Positions 9,353 through 18,341 of a stretch of DNA of 38,957 bases are shown piece by piece. The notes below the pieces were generated by a model that did not search any database, was not told the origin of the DNA, and saw only the letters and a program-made list of their open reading frames with translations. Position 1 is the stretch's first letter. Each line of letters opens with the position of its first letter. This DNA is from Planctomycetes bacterium UBA1146 (GTDB lineage: Bacteria; Planctomycetota; UBA8108; UBA1146), in contig CAWLAN010000003.1 of assembly GCA_963854815.1 (NCBI GenBank), positions 1 to 38,957 on the forward strand, written 5' to 3'. The position numbers were made by a program, and so were the translations under genes.

Positions 9353-10261
9353 ATGGCCACCCTGGCGCCAGAAATCCGTGAACGCTGGCGCCAAGGTCGC
9401 CGTCGCCTCGATCTGCCCCAGCATGCTGATTCCCTGCTCGATCAACTCCACTTGCCCTTCGTCGAGGCCCTCAAGTGCTGGCACCAGCAAAAGGAATCGA
9501 CCGTCATCGTCGGGCTGCAGGGTTGTCAGGGTTCCGGAAAGAGTACCCTTTGCGAACTGGTCCCTGGGTTGGCCCATGATCTTCACGAATTGCGTGTCGG
9601 TGTTGTCGCACTCGACGATTTCTACCTGCCTCGTGCTCGGCGGGAAGAACTGTCACATCAGCAACATCCACTGTGGATCACCCGCGGAGTTCCCGGCACT
9701 CACGATTCTCAACTGGCCGCCGAGGTGCTCGACAAACTGGCCACAGGCAGCGGTGATCCGGTCACCATCCCCTCATTCGACAAGGGTATCGATGACAGGC
9801 TCGAGATCTCGCAGACGATGGAGGGGCCCTATGACGTGGTGATCTTCGAGGGCTGGTGTCTCGGGCTGGGTCCCTGCTCCGATCACGACTGGGATACTCC
9901 CATCAATGAGCTGGAGCAACGAGAAGACGCCGAGTTGCTCTGGCGTCATCGCATCCGCAAAGAACTGGAAAGACCTTACCAGCAACTATTCTCCCGCTTC
10001 GATCACCTGGCAATTCTGCTGGTACCCGCCTGGGAGACGGTCTCGCTGTGGCGCAGCCAGCAGGAAGCCAAGTTGCGCCACGACCGTGGTGACACCGCCA
10101 CGCGCTCGATGGATGATGCTGCCTTGAAGAGATTTCTCGATCATTACGAACGTCTCACCCGATGGACCATCGAGACCCTGCCCGCCCAAGCCGACTTCGT
10201 GGCGCGGATTGCGGAGGATCGATCAGTGGTCTCTATCGAAACCAGACAGGAGAACCGATGA
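9353..10261 (+). CDS. P-loop kinase, D-glycerate 3-kinase (GLYK/Tda10)-like
   Basis: Walker A GCQGSGKST, LDDFYL, TRGVPGTHD, PSFDKGIDDR, FEGWCLG and WRSQQE motifs. Start ATG 9353 after GAAGGA. Confidence 0.82.
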   Translation: MATLAPEIRERWRQGRRRLDLPQHADSLLDQLHLPFVEALKCWHQQKESTVIVGLQGCQGSGKSTLCELVPGLAHDLHELRVGVVALDDFYLPRARREELSHQQHPLWITRGVPGTHDSQLAAEVLDKLATGSGDPVTIPSFDKGIDDRLEISQTMEGPYDVVIFEGWCLGLGPCSDHDWDTPINELEQREDAELLWRHRIRKELERPYQQLFSRFDHLAILLVPAWETVSLWRSQQEAKLRHDRGDTATRSMDDAALKRFLDHYERLTRWTIETLPAQADFVARIAEDRSVVSIETRQENR

Positions 10262-13200
10262 AAAGTTGCGGTCTATTACTGATCATCACCTGGCTGTGGA
10301 TCTTCGGTGCCTCGATCGTGGTCGCCCAACCGGTCCTGCCCGATCAGGGCTGGGTGTCGCTCTTCGATGGCACCAGTCTGTCGGGCTGGCAGGGGAATCC
10401 CGATCTGTGGCGTGTCGAGGACGGCGTGATCATCGGTGAAGGTCCCGATGGGGGTCCTGTTCCTGGCAATGATTACCTGTGGCATGTATCGAGCTGGAAG
10501 GACTTCGTGCTCGAAGCTCGGTTCCGGATCAAGGGCGGCAACAGCGGAATCCAGTACCGAAGCCGTCGAGCAGACGATGGAGAGGCGATCGGATATCAGG
10601 CCGATCTCGACGCCCAGAACAGTTACACCGGCATGCTCTACGAATCACGGGGTCGCGGCATCGCAGTTCCCAGGGGAGAGATGGCCATCCTCGCCGGTGA
10701 TGGCTCGCGCCGAGAGATCGGCTTTCATCCGGATGCAGAGAAAGCGGTAAAAGGGCTCACCGATGGCCAGTGGCACCAGATGCGGATCATCGCCCGCGGC
10801 AATTCTATCCGCCACGAGATCGATGGGGTCCCCGTCTGTGCTTTCATCGATGCCGCACCCGATCCCGTCCTCGAGGGGAAGTTCGGCCTCCAGATCCACG
10901 GCGGAGGTCCGATGCGTATCGAGTGGAAATCGATACAAGCGCGCTCATGGCAGCCGATCGACGGCGATCCTGTCGAGGATTGCGCACGCGTCACGCAACG
11001 CCCCGTCGAGAACCAGCCACAGTGGATCTGGCCACCGGGTGCCACTGAGGCAAATCAGACCATCGAACTGGTTCGTACCTTCAACGTTGAAAACCAGCAA
11101 CAACCGGTCGAAGCCGCCCTCTCGATGAGCGGCGACAATCACTTCGTGGCCTACCTCGACGACGAGGAGATCCTGCGTGGCGATCAGTGGGAGAAGCCGT
11201 CGCGGACCATCATCGACTCGTTGTCTGCGGGCACGCATCGACTGCGGGTCGAATGCAGAAACGATGGCGGCCCCGCGGGACTGGCGGCAATTCTCGCCTG
11301 GACCACCAGTGCTGGCGACGAGGTGACCATCGTCACCGACGACAGCTGGCATCTTCTCGACGGCGTGACCGAGAAGGCCATCGAACTCAAGGGTCCCGTC
11401 GGTAGTTCGACCGCTCCCTGGGGAGATATAGGACTCACCCCGGGCGGTTCGGTAACCCGCTGGAGTCTGCCGGCAGGATTCCACGCCGAAGTGATCCATC
11501 GGGTCGACCCGGCGGATGGTTCGTGGGTATGCATCGCACTCGAGGGTCCGGGCAGATTCATCACATCGCCACAGCGCGGCCCGTTGAAGAGAGTGGTGAT
11601 CGAAGATGAAGTCATCACCGTGACCGATTGCGCGAACATCGGAGATGCTCAGGGGTTGCTGCTGGTCGATGGAGATCTGTGGGTTCATGTCGCCGGCCAC
11701 CGCAAGGACCGGGGCGGTCTGTGGATCCTGTCCGATCCCGATGGCGACGGCTTCTTCGACCAGGAGAAACGACTCTCGGCGATGGGTCCCGGAGGAGAAC
11801 ACGGGGTCCACGCACTGGTGCGAGGCCCCGATGGTTTCGTCTGGACCGTGGTCGGAAACCACATCGATGTTCCCGAGCAGTTGCTGACCCGGGATCGCTA
11901 CCGCGACTGGCAGGAGGATTTGATCGTCGAACGTCTGTGGGATCCCAACGGTCATGCCGTCGGCCGTATTGCCCCCGCCGGACAGATCCTGCGCATCGAT
12001 CCGGCCACGCTTGAATGGGAACGGGTCGCCGGCGGCCTGCGCAATAGTTACGACCTGGCGTTCCACCACGACGGTTCCCTCTTCACCTACGATTCAGACA
12101 TGGAGTGGGATGTGGGCACCCCGTGGTATCGCTCACCGCGGCTGGTCGAGGTGGTCTCGGGAGGAGAAGCCGGTTGGCGTGGCGGAGATGCCAAGTGGCC
12201 CGATGGAATCCCCGATGCCGTGCTGCCATCGGTCGAGACCGATCTTTCCTCTCCGACCGGAGTCTCCTCCGGTCTCGAAGGGAACTTCCCCGGACGCTGG
12301 CGTCATGCCATCTACATCGCGGACTGGGCTTACGGTCGCATCCTGGCCTACTTCCCGACAGAGGAAGGAGCCGGCTGGAGAGGCCGTGTCGAACCGTTTG
12401 CCGCCGCCGCGGCCTTCAACGTCGCTGATATGGTGTTCGGTCACGACGGCGCCCTCTACGGTGTCACTGGCGGGCGCGGTACGGCAAGCACGATGTTTCG
12501 CATCCGTGCCGATGTGGATTCGCGTCCGGACATGGATGCCCCCATCACCGAACTGGGTCGATACGCCCGCGCCCTGCGAAGGAGCCTGGAGACGGGGCAT
12601 CTGTCCGCCCGTGCAAGTCTGCTCGGACTGGCCTGGCGGCATCTGGGCAATCCGGACCGATCGATCTCGTACGCTGCCCGCCTCGCTCTCGAGCAGATGC
12701 CATCGGAGATCTGGCGCAATCTGGTGCTCACCGATCTCGGTTCCAGTACCCGCATCGGTCTGCTGGCACTGGCGCGAGTCGGCCAACAGACCGATCGCGA
12801 TGTGCTGCTGGAAAAACTGTGTGACCTGTCGGCTGCTGCAGATCGGCGCCAGATCCTCGAGGAGTTGCGCATCGCCACGGTCGCCATCGCCCGCCGGGGA
12901 GATCCCGCCGGCGCCACCAGGCAGCGGCTTCTGGCCCGATTCGATCCCATCTTCCCGTCCGGAGATCTCGCCATCGATCGGCTCTGTGGCGATCTTCTCG
13001 CCCGTCTGCGCGCTCCGGCGCTCTCGAAGCGGGTCATCGCCTGGCTGACGGCAGAAGCCGCCAGCGCCGAGGGACTGGCCGCCCTGCGACTGTTGAGATT
13101 CACCCCTCGAGACGAGCTACAAGATGCTCAGGTTGCAGCGGCCCTGAAAGTGGTCCGCCAACGCAAGGGAGGCAATAGCCTGCGCGGGTTCGTCGATCAG

Positions 13201-13752
13201 ATTACCCGTCAACTCGATGACGGCTCGGGGCTTCTCATCGGTGAGGAACTTGCCCCTCCCGTGATGCCCGAACCGGTGGTTCGGTGGACCGAGAAATCGC
13301 TGCTGGCAGCCATCTCGGCCGGTACCGGTGATCCGGTACGGGGACAACAGGCCTACGACAAGGTCTTGTGTTCTCGATGTCACCGTTTTCAAGAAATAGG
13401 TGGTGGCTCGGGTCCCGACCTGACCGGAGTCCGATCGAGGTTCTCCGATGTCGACCTGGTGCGAGCGATGCTGGAACCGTCGCGTGACATCTCCGATCAG
13501 TATCACTGGAGTGTCGTGACCACTGAAGACGACATCGCTGTTGGCCGAATTCTTCAACGAGACGGCTCTTCTGTGGTCCTGAACACCGATCCCTACGGCT
13601 ATCAACCGTTCGTCCTCGAGGGCGAAATCTCATCCATCGAAGCCTCGCCGATCTCGCCCATGCCTCCCGGACTGCTCGACGGTCTCGATGCAGGCCAGGT
13701 CCGTGACCTGTGGGCATTTCTCGGCAATTCTTCCCCGCAATCCCGGGACTGA
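10258..13752 (+). CDS. Secreted multidomain PVC-type protein: DUF1080 domain, beta-sandwich, beta-propeller dehydrogenase-like region, helical repeats and a C-terminal c-type cytochrome
   Basis: Signal peptide; WVSLFDGTSLSGW, GNSGIQYRS, GYQAD and GLQIH (DUF1080); GEHGVH, GLRNSYD and DSDMEWDVGTPWYR (propeller); CSRCH..GPDLT..SPMP heme-c module. ATG 10258 overlaps the kinase stop. Confidence 0.85.
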   Translation: MKSCGLLLIITWLWIFGASIVVAQPVLPDQGWVSLFDGTSLSGWQGNPDLWRVEDGVIIGEGPDGGPVPGNDYLWHVSSWKDFVLEARFRIKGGNSGIQYRSRRADDGEAIGYQADLDAQNSYTGMLYESRGRGIAVPRGEMAILAGDGSRREIGFHPDAEKAVKGLTDGQWHQMRIIARGNSIRHEIDGVPVCAFIDAAPDPVLEGKFGLQIHGGGPMRIEWKSIQARSWQPIDGDPVEDCARVTQRPVENQPQWIWPPGATEANQTIELVRTFNVENQQQPVEAALSMSGDNHFVAYLDDEEILRGDQWEKPSRTIIDSLSAGTHRLRVECRNDGGPAGLAAILAWTTSAGDEVTIVTDDSWHLLDGVTEKAIELKGPVGSSTAPWGDIGLTPGGSVTRWSLPAGFHAEVIHRVDPADGSWVCIALEGPGRFITSPQRGPLKRVVIEDEVITVTDCANIGDAQGLLLVDGDLWVHVAGHRKDRGGLWILSDPDGDGFFDQEKRLSAMGPGGEHGVHALVRGPDGFVWTVVGNHIDVPEQLLTRDRYRDWQEDLIVERLWDPNGHAVGRIAPAGQILRIDPATLEWERVAGGLRNSYDLAFHHDGSLFTYDSDMEWDVGTPWYRSPRLVEVVSGGEAGWRGGDAKWPDGIPDAVLPSVETDLSSPTGVSSGLEGNFPGRWRHAIYIADWAYGRILAYFPTEEGAGWRGRVEPFAAAAAFNVADMVFGHDGALYGVTGGRGTASTMFRIRADVDSRPDMDAPITELGRYARALRRSLETGHLSARASLLGLAWRHLGNPDRSISYAARLALEQMPSEIWRNLVLTDLGSSTRIGLLALARVGQQTDRDVLLEKLCDLSAAADRRQILEELRIATVAIARRGDPAGATRQRLLARFDPIFPSGDLAIDRLCGDLLARLRAPALSKRVIAWLTAEAASAEGLAALRLLRFTPRDELQDAQVAAALKVVRQRKGGNSLRGFVDQITRQLDDGSGLLIGEELAPPVMPEPVVRWTEKSLLAAISAGTGDPVRGQQAYDKVLCSRCHRFQEIGGGSGPDLTGVRSRFSDVDLVRAMLEPSRDISDQYHWSVVTTEDDIAVGRILQRDGSSVVLNTDPYGYQPFVLEGEISSIEASPISPMPPGLLDGLDAGQVRDLWAFLGNSSPQSRD

Positions 13753-13906
13753 GCCCTCTTGCGAATTTGCTTGTAAGGGGGATAATTGGCGACGGCTCTG
13801 ATACTTACTTTTTGAAATCAAACGGAGTCCGCCCTGTCACTCCGGTGTTGTTCCCATCCGTGCGGATGGGAACGCTGGAATTCTCTTCGCGAGTAGAAGG
13901 AACCTC

Positions 13907-16900
13907 ATGTTCTCTCGACCCGTTTCCACGTTGTCGTTTGTACTTTCCATCTGTCTTCTCTTCATCTGTGTGCCAGCAGCTGCTGACATCTCCCTGAAGG
14001 AAGTCCCTGTCATCCAACTGCCAGGTCTCGATATCGAGATGCTGGCTCTCGAAGACGAAGAGCGAGACAGTCTCGGACTCGCACCACGCTATGCGGTGCC
14101 CAATCCGGTCACCATCACTCCTCAAACTCATGGACGCTGGACCAAACTCGACAACACAACCGCTGTCTGGCGTCTGCGCTTCTCCTGCAAGAATGCCATC
14201 AGCATGAACTTTGGATTCAGTCGATGGCTGGTTCCCATCGATGGTGAGATGCGCATCTATAATCTCGATCGCACCCATCGAATCCGTCCCTTCGATGTCA
14301 ATGACATCCAGGACTCGGGTGAACTGTGGACACCTCCGGTGGCCGGAGGTGACGTGATCATCGAGATCCTCTGCCCTCTCGAGGCACGCTGGCTCGTCGA
14401 ACAGGAAGTGGAACTCAGCAGTGTCAATCCGGGTTACCGGGGATTCTACGAGAACTTCGGTCAGACCCCATCAAGCAGCAGCGCGCCCGCCTTCTCGGGG
14501 TCCTGCAATGTCGATGTGGCATGCCCGCAATCGGCAGGGTGGGAGAACGAGATCGACTGCGTCGGTGTGATCTCCACCGGTGGCTTCCTCTTCTGCACCG
14601 GATTCATGGTCAACAACACCGCCCAGGACGGCACTCCCTTCTTCATGACTGCCGATCACTGTCAAGTCACACCCGGAAATGCCGGATCCCTGGTGGTTTT
14701 CTGGAACTTCGAGAATTCCTTCTGTCGCACGCCTGGCACCGCCGGAGCCGGTGGTCCCGGCGACGGCCAACTGAACCAGTTCAGCTCCGGATCCATCTAC
14801 CGTGCCGGCTCTTCGACATCGGATTTCACCCTGGTCGAACTGACCAGCCCACCGAACCCTGCTTTCGGGGTCTCTTTCTGCGGCTGGAATGCTACCACCT
14901 CCCAGCCCAGCAGTGCCGTCGGCATCCATCACCCCGATGTCGAGGAGAAAAGAATCTCCTTCGAGAACCAGCCCCCCAGCCTCTCGACCAACTTCGTGAC
15001 GGTCAATGATTGGGACCTGGGAACCACCGAGCCGGGATCGTCTGGATCTCCGCTGTTCGATCAGAACCACCGCGTCATCGGTCAACTCTGCTGTGGTTCC
15101 GCCGCCTGTGGTAACAACTTCTCCGATGACTACGGTCGCTTTTCTGCCTCCTGGAACCTCGGTCTTGGTTTCTGGCTAGATGCCGCGAACACCGGCCAAC
15201 TGTTCATCGACACCCTCCCCTCCGGAGGTGGCGGACCGGGTACGGAGAACTGCTCCAACGGTACCGATGATGACGGTGACGGACTCATCGACTGCGCCGA
15301 CCCCGATTGCGCCAGCAGCCCGGCTTGCTTGCCGCCTTCTGCTGGTGACGAGTGCGGTGACCCGATCGTCGTCATCGATGGTGCCAATGCTATCGATAAC
15401 ACCGGGATGACCACCGGAACCGATCCCATCTCCGACGCTCAATGCCCCGGCACCTTCCTGGGAGAGTTCGTCAATGACGGCTGGTACAGCTACACGGCCA
15501 CTTCCACCGGTGCGATGGATGTGAGCACCTGTAACAGCATCAGTTTCGATTCCGATGTTGCCATCTACACTGGCACCTGTGGTGCTCTCACCCAGATCGC
15601 CTGCAACGGCGACGGCACCGGCTGCGCCGGGTTCTCTTCCCTCGTCACCGGCGTTGCCGTGACTGCGGGAACCGAATACCTGATTCGCGTCGGTGGCTGG
15701 GATGCGGGCACCGGAGTTGGAAGCGGCACCATGACCATCACCGTTGGTGGTGGCGGACCTGCCACCGAGAACTGCACCAATGGAACCGACGATGACGGTG
15801 ACGGACTCATCGACTGCGCTGACCCTGATTGCGCCAACGACCCCGCCTGTGGTGGCGGCGGTGGAAACGGAGACGAGTGCATCGATGCAATCCTCGTCAC
15901 CGAGGGTGCCAACGCCTTTGATACAACCGGAATGACTGACAGTCCTGAGCCTGATCCGACCGGCTGCCCCAACGCCTATGGCGAGAACGCCAGCGATGGG
16001 TGGTTCTTGTACATTGCCAACTCCTCCGGCGACGTGACCGTCGAGACCTGCGACATAAATAGTTTTGATACCGACCTCGCCGCATACTCAGGCGGTTGCG
16101 GAAACCTGAACCTTCTCGCCTGTGACGGCGATGGTGGTGCTCCCGGCTGTCAGGCCTTTTCTTCCATGATCACCATTCCAGGAGTCCAGGCGGGGGATAG
16201 CATCATCCTTCGCGTTGGCGGCTGGAGTGCAATTGATCAAGGTCCAGGCACCCTCACCATCACCGTAGGAGGTGGCGGACCCGGCGGTGGCACTGGCGAC
16301 GAGTGCAACGACGCGGTCACCGCCAACGATGGAGCCAACCCCTTCAACACCACCGCCATGACCGACAGCCCCGAAGCTTCTGACGACACCCAGTGCCCAG
16401 GCACCTTCCTGGGAGATTTCGTCCAGGACATGTGGTTCACCTACACCCCGGCAGCCAGTGGCAGCATCGATGTCTCCCTCTGTGGTAGCAGTTACGATAC
16501 CGATCTCGCCGTCTACAGTGGTGCCTGTGGTGGTCTGGTTCAGATCGCCTGCAGCGGCGACAACTGCGGTCTCCAGTCGGAGATTCTCGCCGTTCCGGTC
16601 ACTGCCGGTGTCCCCGTGTTGATCCGGGTAGGTGGTTGGGCACCCGGTAGCGCCGGAGCCGGCACCCTCGTCATCACAGGCGGTGGCCCTGGCGTTGAAA
16701 ATTGCACCAACGGTACCGACGATGACGGTGACGGACTCATCGACTGCGCCGACCCCGATTGCGCCAACGACCCCGCCTGTGGCGGTGGTGGCGGAAACGG
16801 TGACGAGTGCAACGATCCACTCATCGCGGTGGTCGGTTCCAATCCGGTCGATACCACCACCATGACCGATAGTGCTGACCCCTACGATGATTTCACCTGC

Positions 16901-18190
16901 CCGGCCACCGCCCTCGGAGTGATGACTGCCGATGCCTGGTACCAGTTCAGCGCGCCGGTGAGCGGTACCGCAACCTTCTCCACCTGCGACCTCATCTCCT
17001 TCGACAGTGATCTCGTCGCTTACACGGGTGCCTGTGGCGCTCTGACACAGGTCGCTTGTAATGGTGACGGTGCCGGTTGTGGTGGATTCACCTCGTTGAT
17101 GGAAATGAGTGTTACTGCTGGCACCAACTACCTGATTCGCATCGGCGGTTGGTCTCTTGGGGAACAGGGAACAGGAACCCTCGAGATCACTCTCGCGGGT
17201 GCTCCGAACCCTGAGGACTGCACCAACGGCACTGACGATGATGGCGATGGGGATATCGACTGCGAGGATACGGACTGTGATCAAGATCCCGCCTGCACCA
17301 CTCCACCGGAGAACTGCAGCAACGGTGTCGATGACGACGGCGATGGACTCATCGACTGCAATGACCCCGATTGCGCTGCCGATCCGAACTGCCAGGCGCC
17401 TCCCAGTGGCTTCAGTTTCATCGCCTCGGATGAGACCGCCGATTACTCCGTTGATACCGGAGTCGGTAGTTTCAGTGCCACCCTCAGCGTCAGCGAGGAT
17501 TCGGGTGCCTCTGGATATCCCAACGATACCCAGGGCTTCTCCTTCGGTCTGTCTCACGATTCGAGCCTGCTGGCGGTGATCACTTTCACCGCGGGATCTG
17601 TTCTCACCGAACTCAACACGAACAATGGTCCCGATTTCATCGACATCAATAACTTTGTAGATGGCATCACGGTCGGCTGTGTCTACAACTTCTCCAATTC
17701 CGCCTTCATCACGTTCGTGACCCCAACCGCGATTGGATCGGTTTCTTACGACACCGTTCCTGGCGGACTCATCGGTAACAACACCGGCACCACCACCGGA
17801 CTCAACTGGAGCGATGCTCTCGGCACACCTCCTGTGGTGAATATCCTGGTCGTCAACGGCCAGGCCCAACCAGCCGCCTTCGATAACGGAACCGTCACCC
17901 TGGAACCGGCCATCGGTGGTTTCGTGCGCGGCGACTTCAACTCGGATGGCTCCATCAACATCGCCGACTGCGTGTCGATGCTGGCGGGGCTCTTCACCGG
18001 TGGTCTCATCCTTTGTTTCGATGCTGGCGACGCCAACGATGACGGTTCATTCAACGTCGCGGACGCGGTATACGAACTGACATGGTTGTTCTCCGGTGGT
18101 GCTCCGGTGCCACCGCCGGTCGGTCCCAACTGTGGCTCCGACCCGACTTCCGACAGTCTCGACTGTGCGTCCTACGACGCCTGTCCGTGA
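13907..18190 (+). CDS. Secreted lysyl-endopeptidase-like (S1) serine protease with Cys/Asp-rich repeats, four beta-sandwich repeats, a cohesin-like domain and a dockerin-like domain
   Basis: Signal peptide and propeptide; SGSCNVDVAC; triad motifs TADHC, SDFTLVEL and TEPGSSGSPLF; C-terminal RGDFNSDGSINIAD...DANDDGSFNVAD double EF-loop. Confidence 0.88.
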   Translation: MFSRPVSTLSFVLSICLLFICVPAAADISLKEVPVIQLPGLDIEMLALEDEERDSLGLAPRYAVPNPVTITPQTHGRWTKLDNTTAVWRLRFSCKNAISMNFGFSRWLVPIDGEMRIYNLDRTHRIRPFDVNDIQDSGELWTPPVAGGDVIIEILCPLEARWLVEQEVELSSVNPGYRGFYENFGQTPSSSSAPAFSGSCNVDVACPQSAGWENEIDCVGVISTGGFLFCTGFMVNNTAQDGTPFFMTADHCQVTPGNAGSLVVFWNFENSFCRTPGTAGAGGPGDGQLNQFSSGSIYRAGSSTSDFTLVELTSPPNPAFGVSFCGWNATTSQPSSAVGIHHPDVEEKRISFENQPPSLSTNFVTVNDWDLGTTEPGSSGSPLFDQNHRVIGQLCCGSAACGNNFSDDYGRFSASWNLGLGFWLDAANTGQLFIDTLPSGGGGPGTENCSNGTDDDGDGLIDCADPDCASSPACLPPSAGDECGDPIVVIDGANAIDNTGMTTGTDPISDAQCPGTFLGEFVNDGWYSYTATSTGAMDVSTCNSISFDSDVAIYTGTCGALTQIACNGDGTGCAGFSSLVTGVAVTAGTEYLIRVGGWDAGTGVGSGTMTITVGGGGPATENCTNGTDDDGDGLIDCADPDCANDPACGGGGGNGDECIDAILVTEGANAFDTTGMTDSPEPDPTGCPNAYGENASDGWFLYIANSSGDVTVETCDINSFDTDLAAYSGGCGNLNLLACDGDGGAPGCQAFSSMITIPGVQAGDSIILRVGGWSAIDQGPGTLTITVGGGGPGGGTGDECNDAVTANDGANPFNTTAMTDSPEASDDTQCPGTFLGDFVQDMWFTYTPAASGSIDVSLCGSSYDTDLAVYSGACGGLVQIACSGDNCGLQSEILAVPVTAGVPVLIRVGGWAPGSAGAGTLVITGGGPGVENCTNGTDDDGDGLIDCADPDCANDPACGGGGGNGDECNDPLIAVVGSNPVDTTTMTDSADPYDDFTCPATALGVMTADAWYQFSAPVSGTATFSTCDLISFDSDLVAYTGACGALTQVACNGDGAGCGGFTSLMEMSVTAGTNYLIRIGGWSLGEQGTGTLEITLAGAPNPEDCTNGTDDDGDGDIDCEDTDCDQDPACTTPPENCSNGVDDDGDGLIDCNDPDCAADPNCQAPPSGFSFIASDETADYSVDTGVGSFSATLSVSEDSGASGYPNDTQGFSFGLSHDSSLLAVITFTAGSVLTELNTNNGPDFIDINNFVDGITVGCVYNFSNSAFITFVTPTAIGSVSYDTVPGGLIGNNTGTTTGLNWSDALGTPPVVNILVVNGQAQPAAFDNGTVTLEPAIGGFVRGDFNSDGSINIADCVSMLAGLFTGGLILCFDAGDANDDGSFNVADAVYELTWLFSGGAPVPPPVGPNCGSDPTSDSLDCASYDACP
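15245..17392 (+). repeat. Five intragenic 84-bp repeats encoding E-[ND]-C-x-N-G-x-DDDGDG-x-IDC-x-D-x-DC-x4/5-C modules
   Basis: Copies start at 15245, 15767, 16697, 17213 and 17309. Copies 2 and 3 are near-identical over about 115 nt, including the GGGGGNGDEC linker. Confidence 0.9.
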
Positions 18191-18213
18191 TCGAGCGGTA
18201 GTTCGGCGCCGAA

Positions 18214-18251
18214 AAGAAGGGCCAGCAAGGTTTTCCTTGCTGGCCCTTCTT
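18214..18251 (+). terminator. Intrinsic terminator-like hairpin after the protease gene
   Basis: Perfect 17-bp inverted repeat AAGAAGGGCCAGCAAGG-tttt-CCTTGCTGGCCCTTCTT, starting 24 nt after the stop. Confidence 0.8.
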
Positions 18252-18268
18252 CCATCCTTGCCACCCTC

Positions 18269-18296
18269 TTGATAGCGAACAGATGTTCGCTATCCT
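18269..18296 (+). promoter_or_regulatory. Putative sigma70 promoter overlapped by a LexA/SOS box (CGAAC-N4-GTTCG)
   Basis: TTGATA-N16-TATCCT enclosing the palindrome GATAGCGAAC-AGAT-GTTCGCTATC (18271-18294), directly upstream of dnaE2. Confidence 0.72.
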
Positions 18297-18341
18297 GCTC
18301 CAGGTCGCCATCCTCCGATCCGAAGGTGTTTTGTGTCCGCC

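Noticed and set aside
8645-10261. Long overlapping opposite-strand ORFs 8645..9586 and 8750..10261
   Set aside because: Both are upstream extensions. SD-supported starts at 9220 (-) and 9353 (+) give non-overlapping divergent genes.
15245-17392. CRISPR array or mobile-element repeats
   Set aside because: The repeats are in frame, encode protein modules, vary mostly at synonymous sites and are irregularly spaced. No cas or transposase genes are present.
16088-17869. 593-aa antisense ORF, and similar ones at 5975..7198, 10945..12069, 34588..35820 and 36130..37422
   Set aside because: Shadow ORFs of high-GC coding strands with no recognisable motifs.
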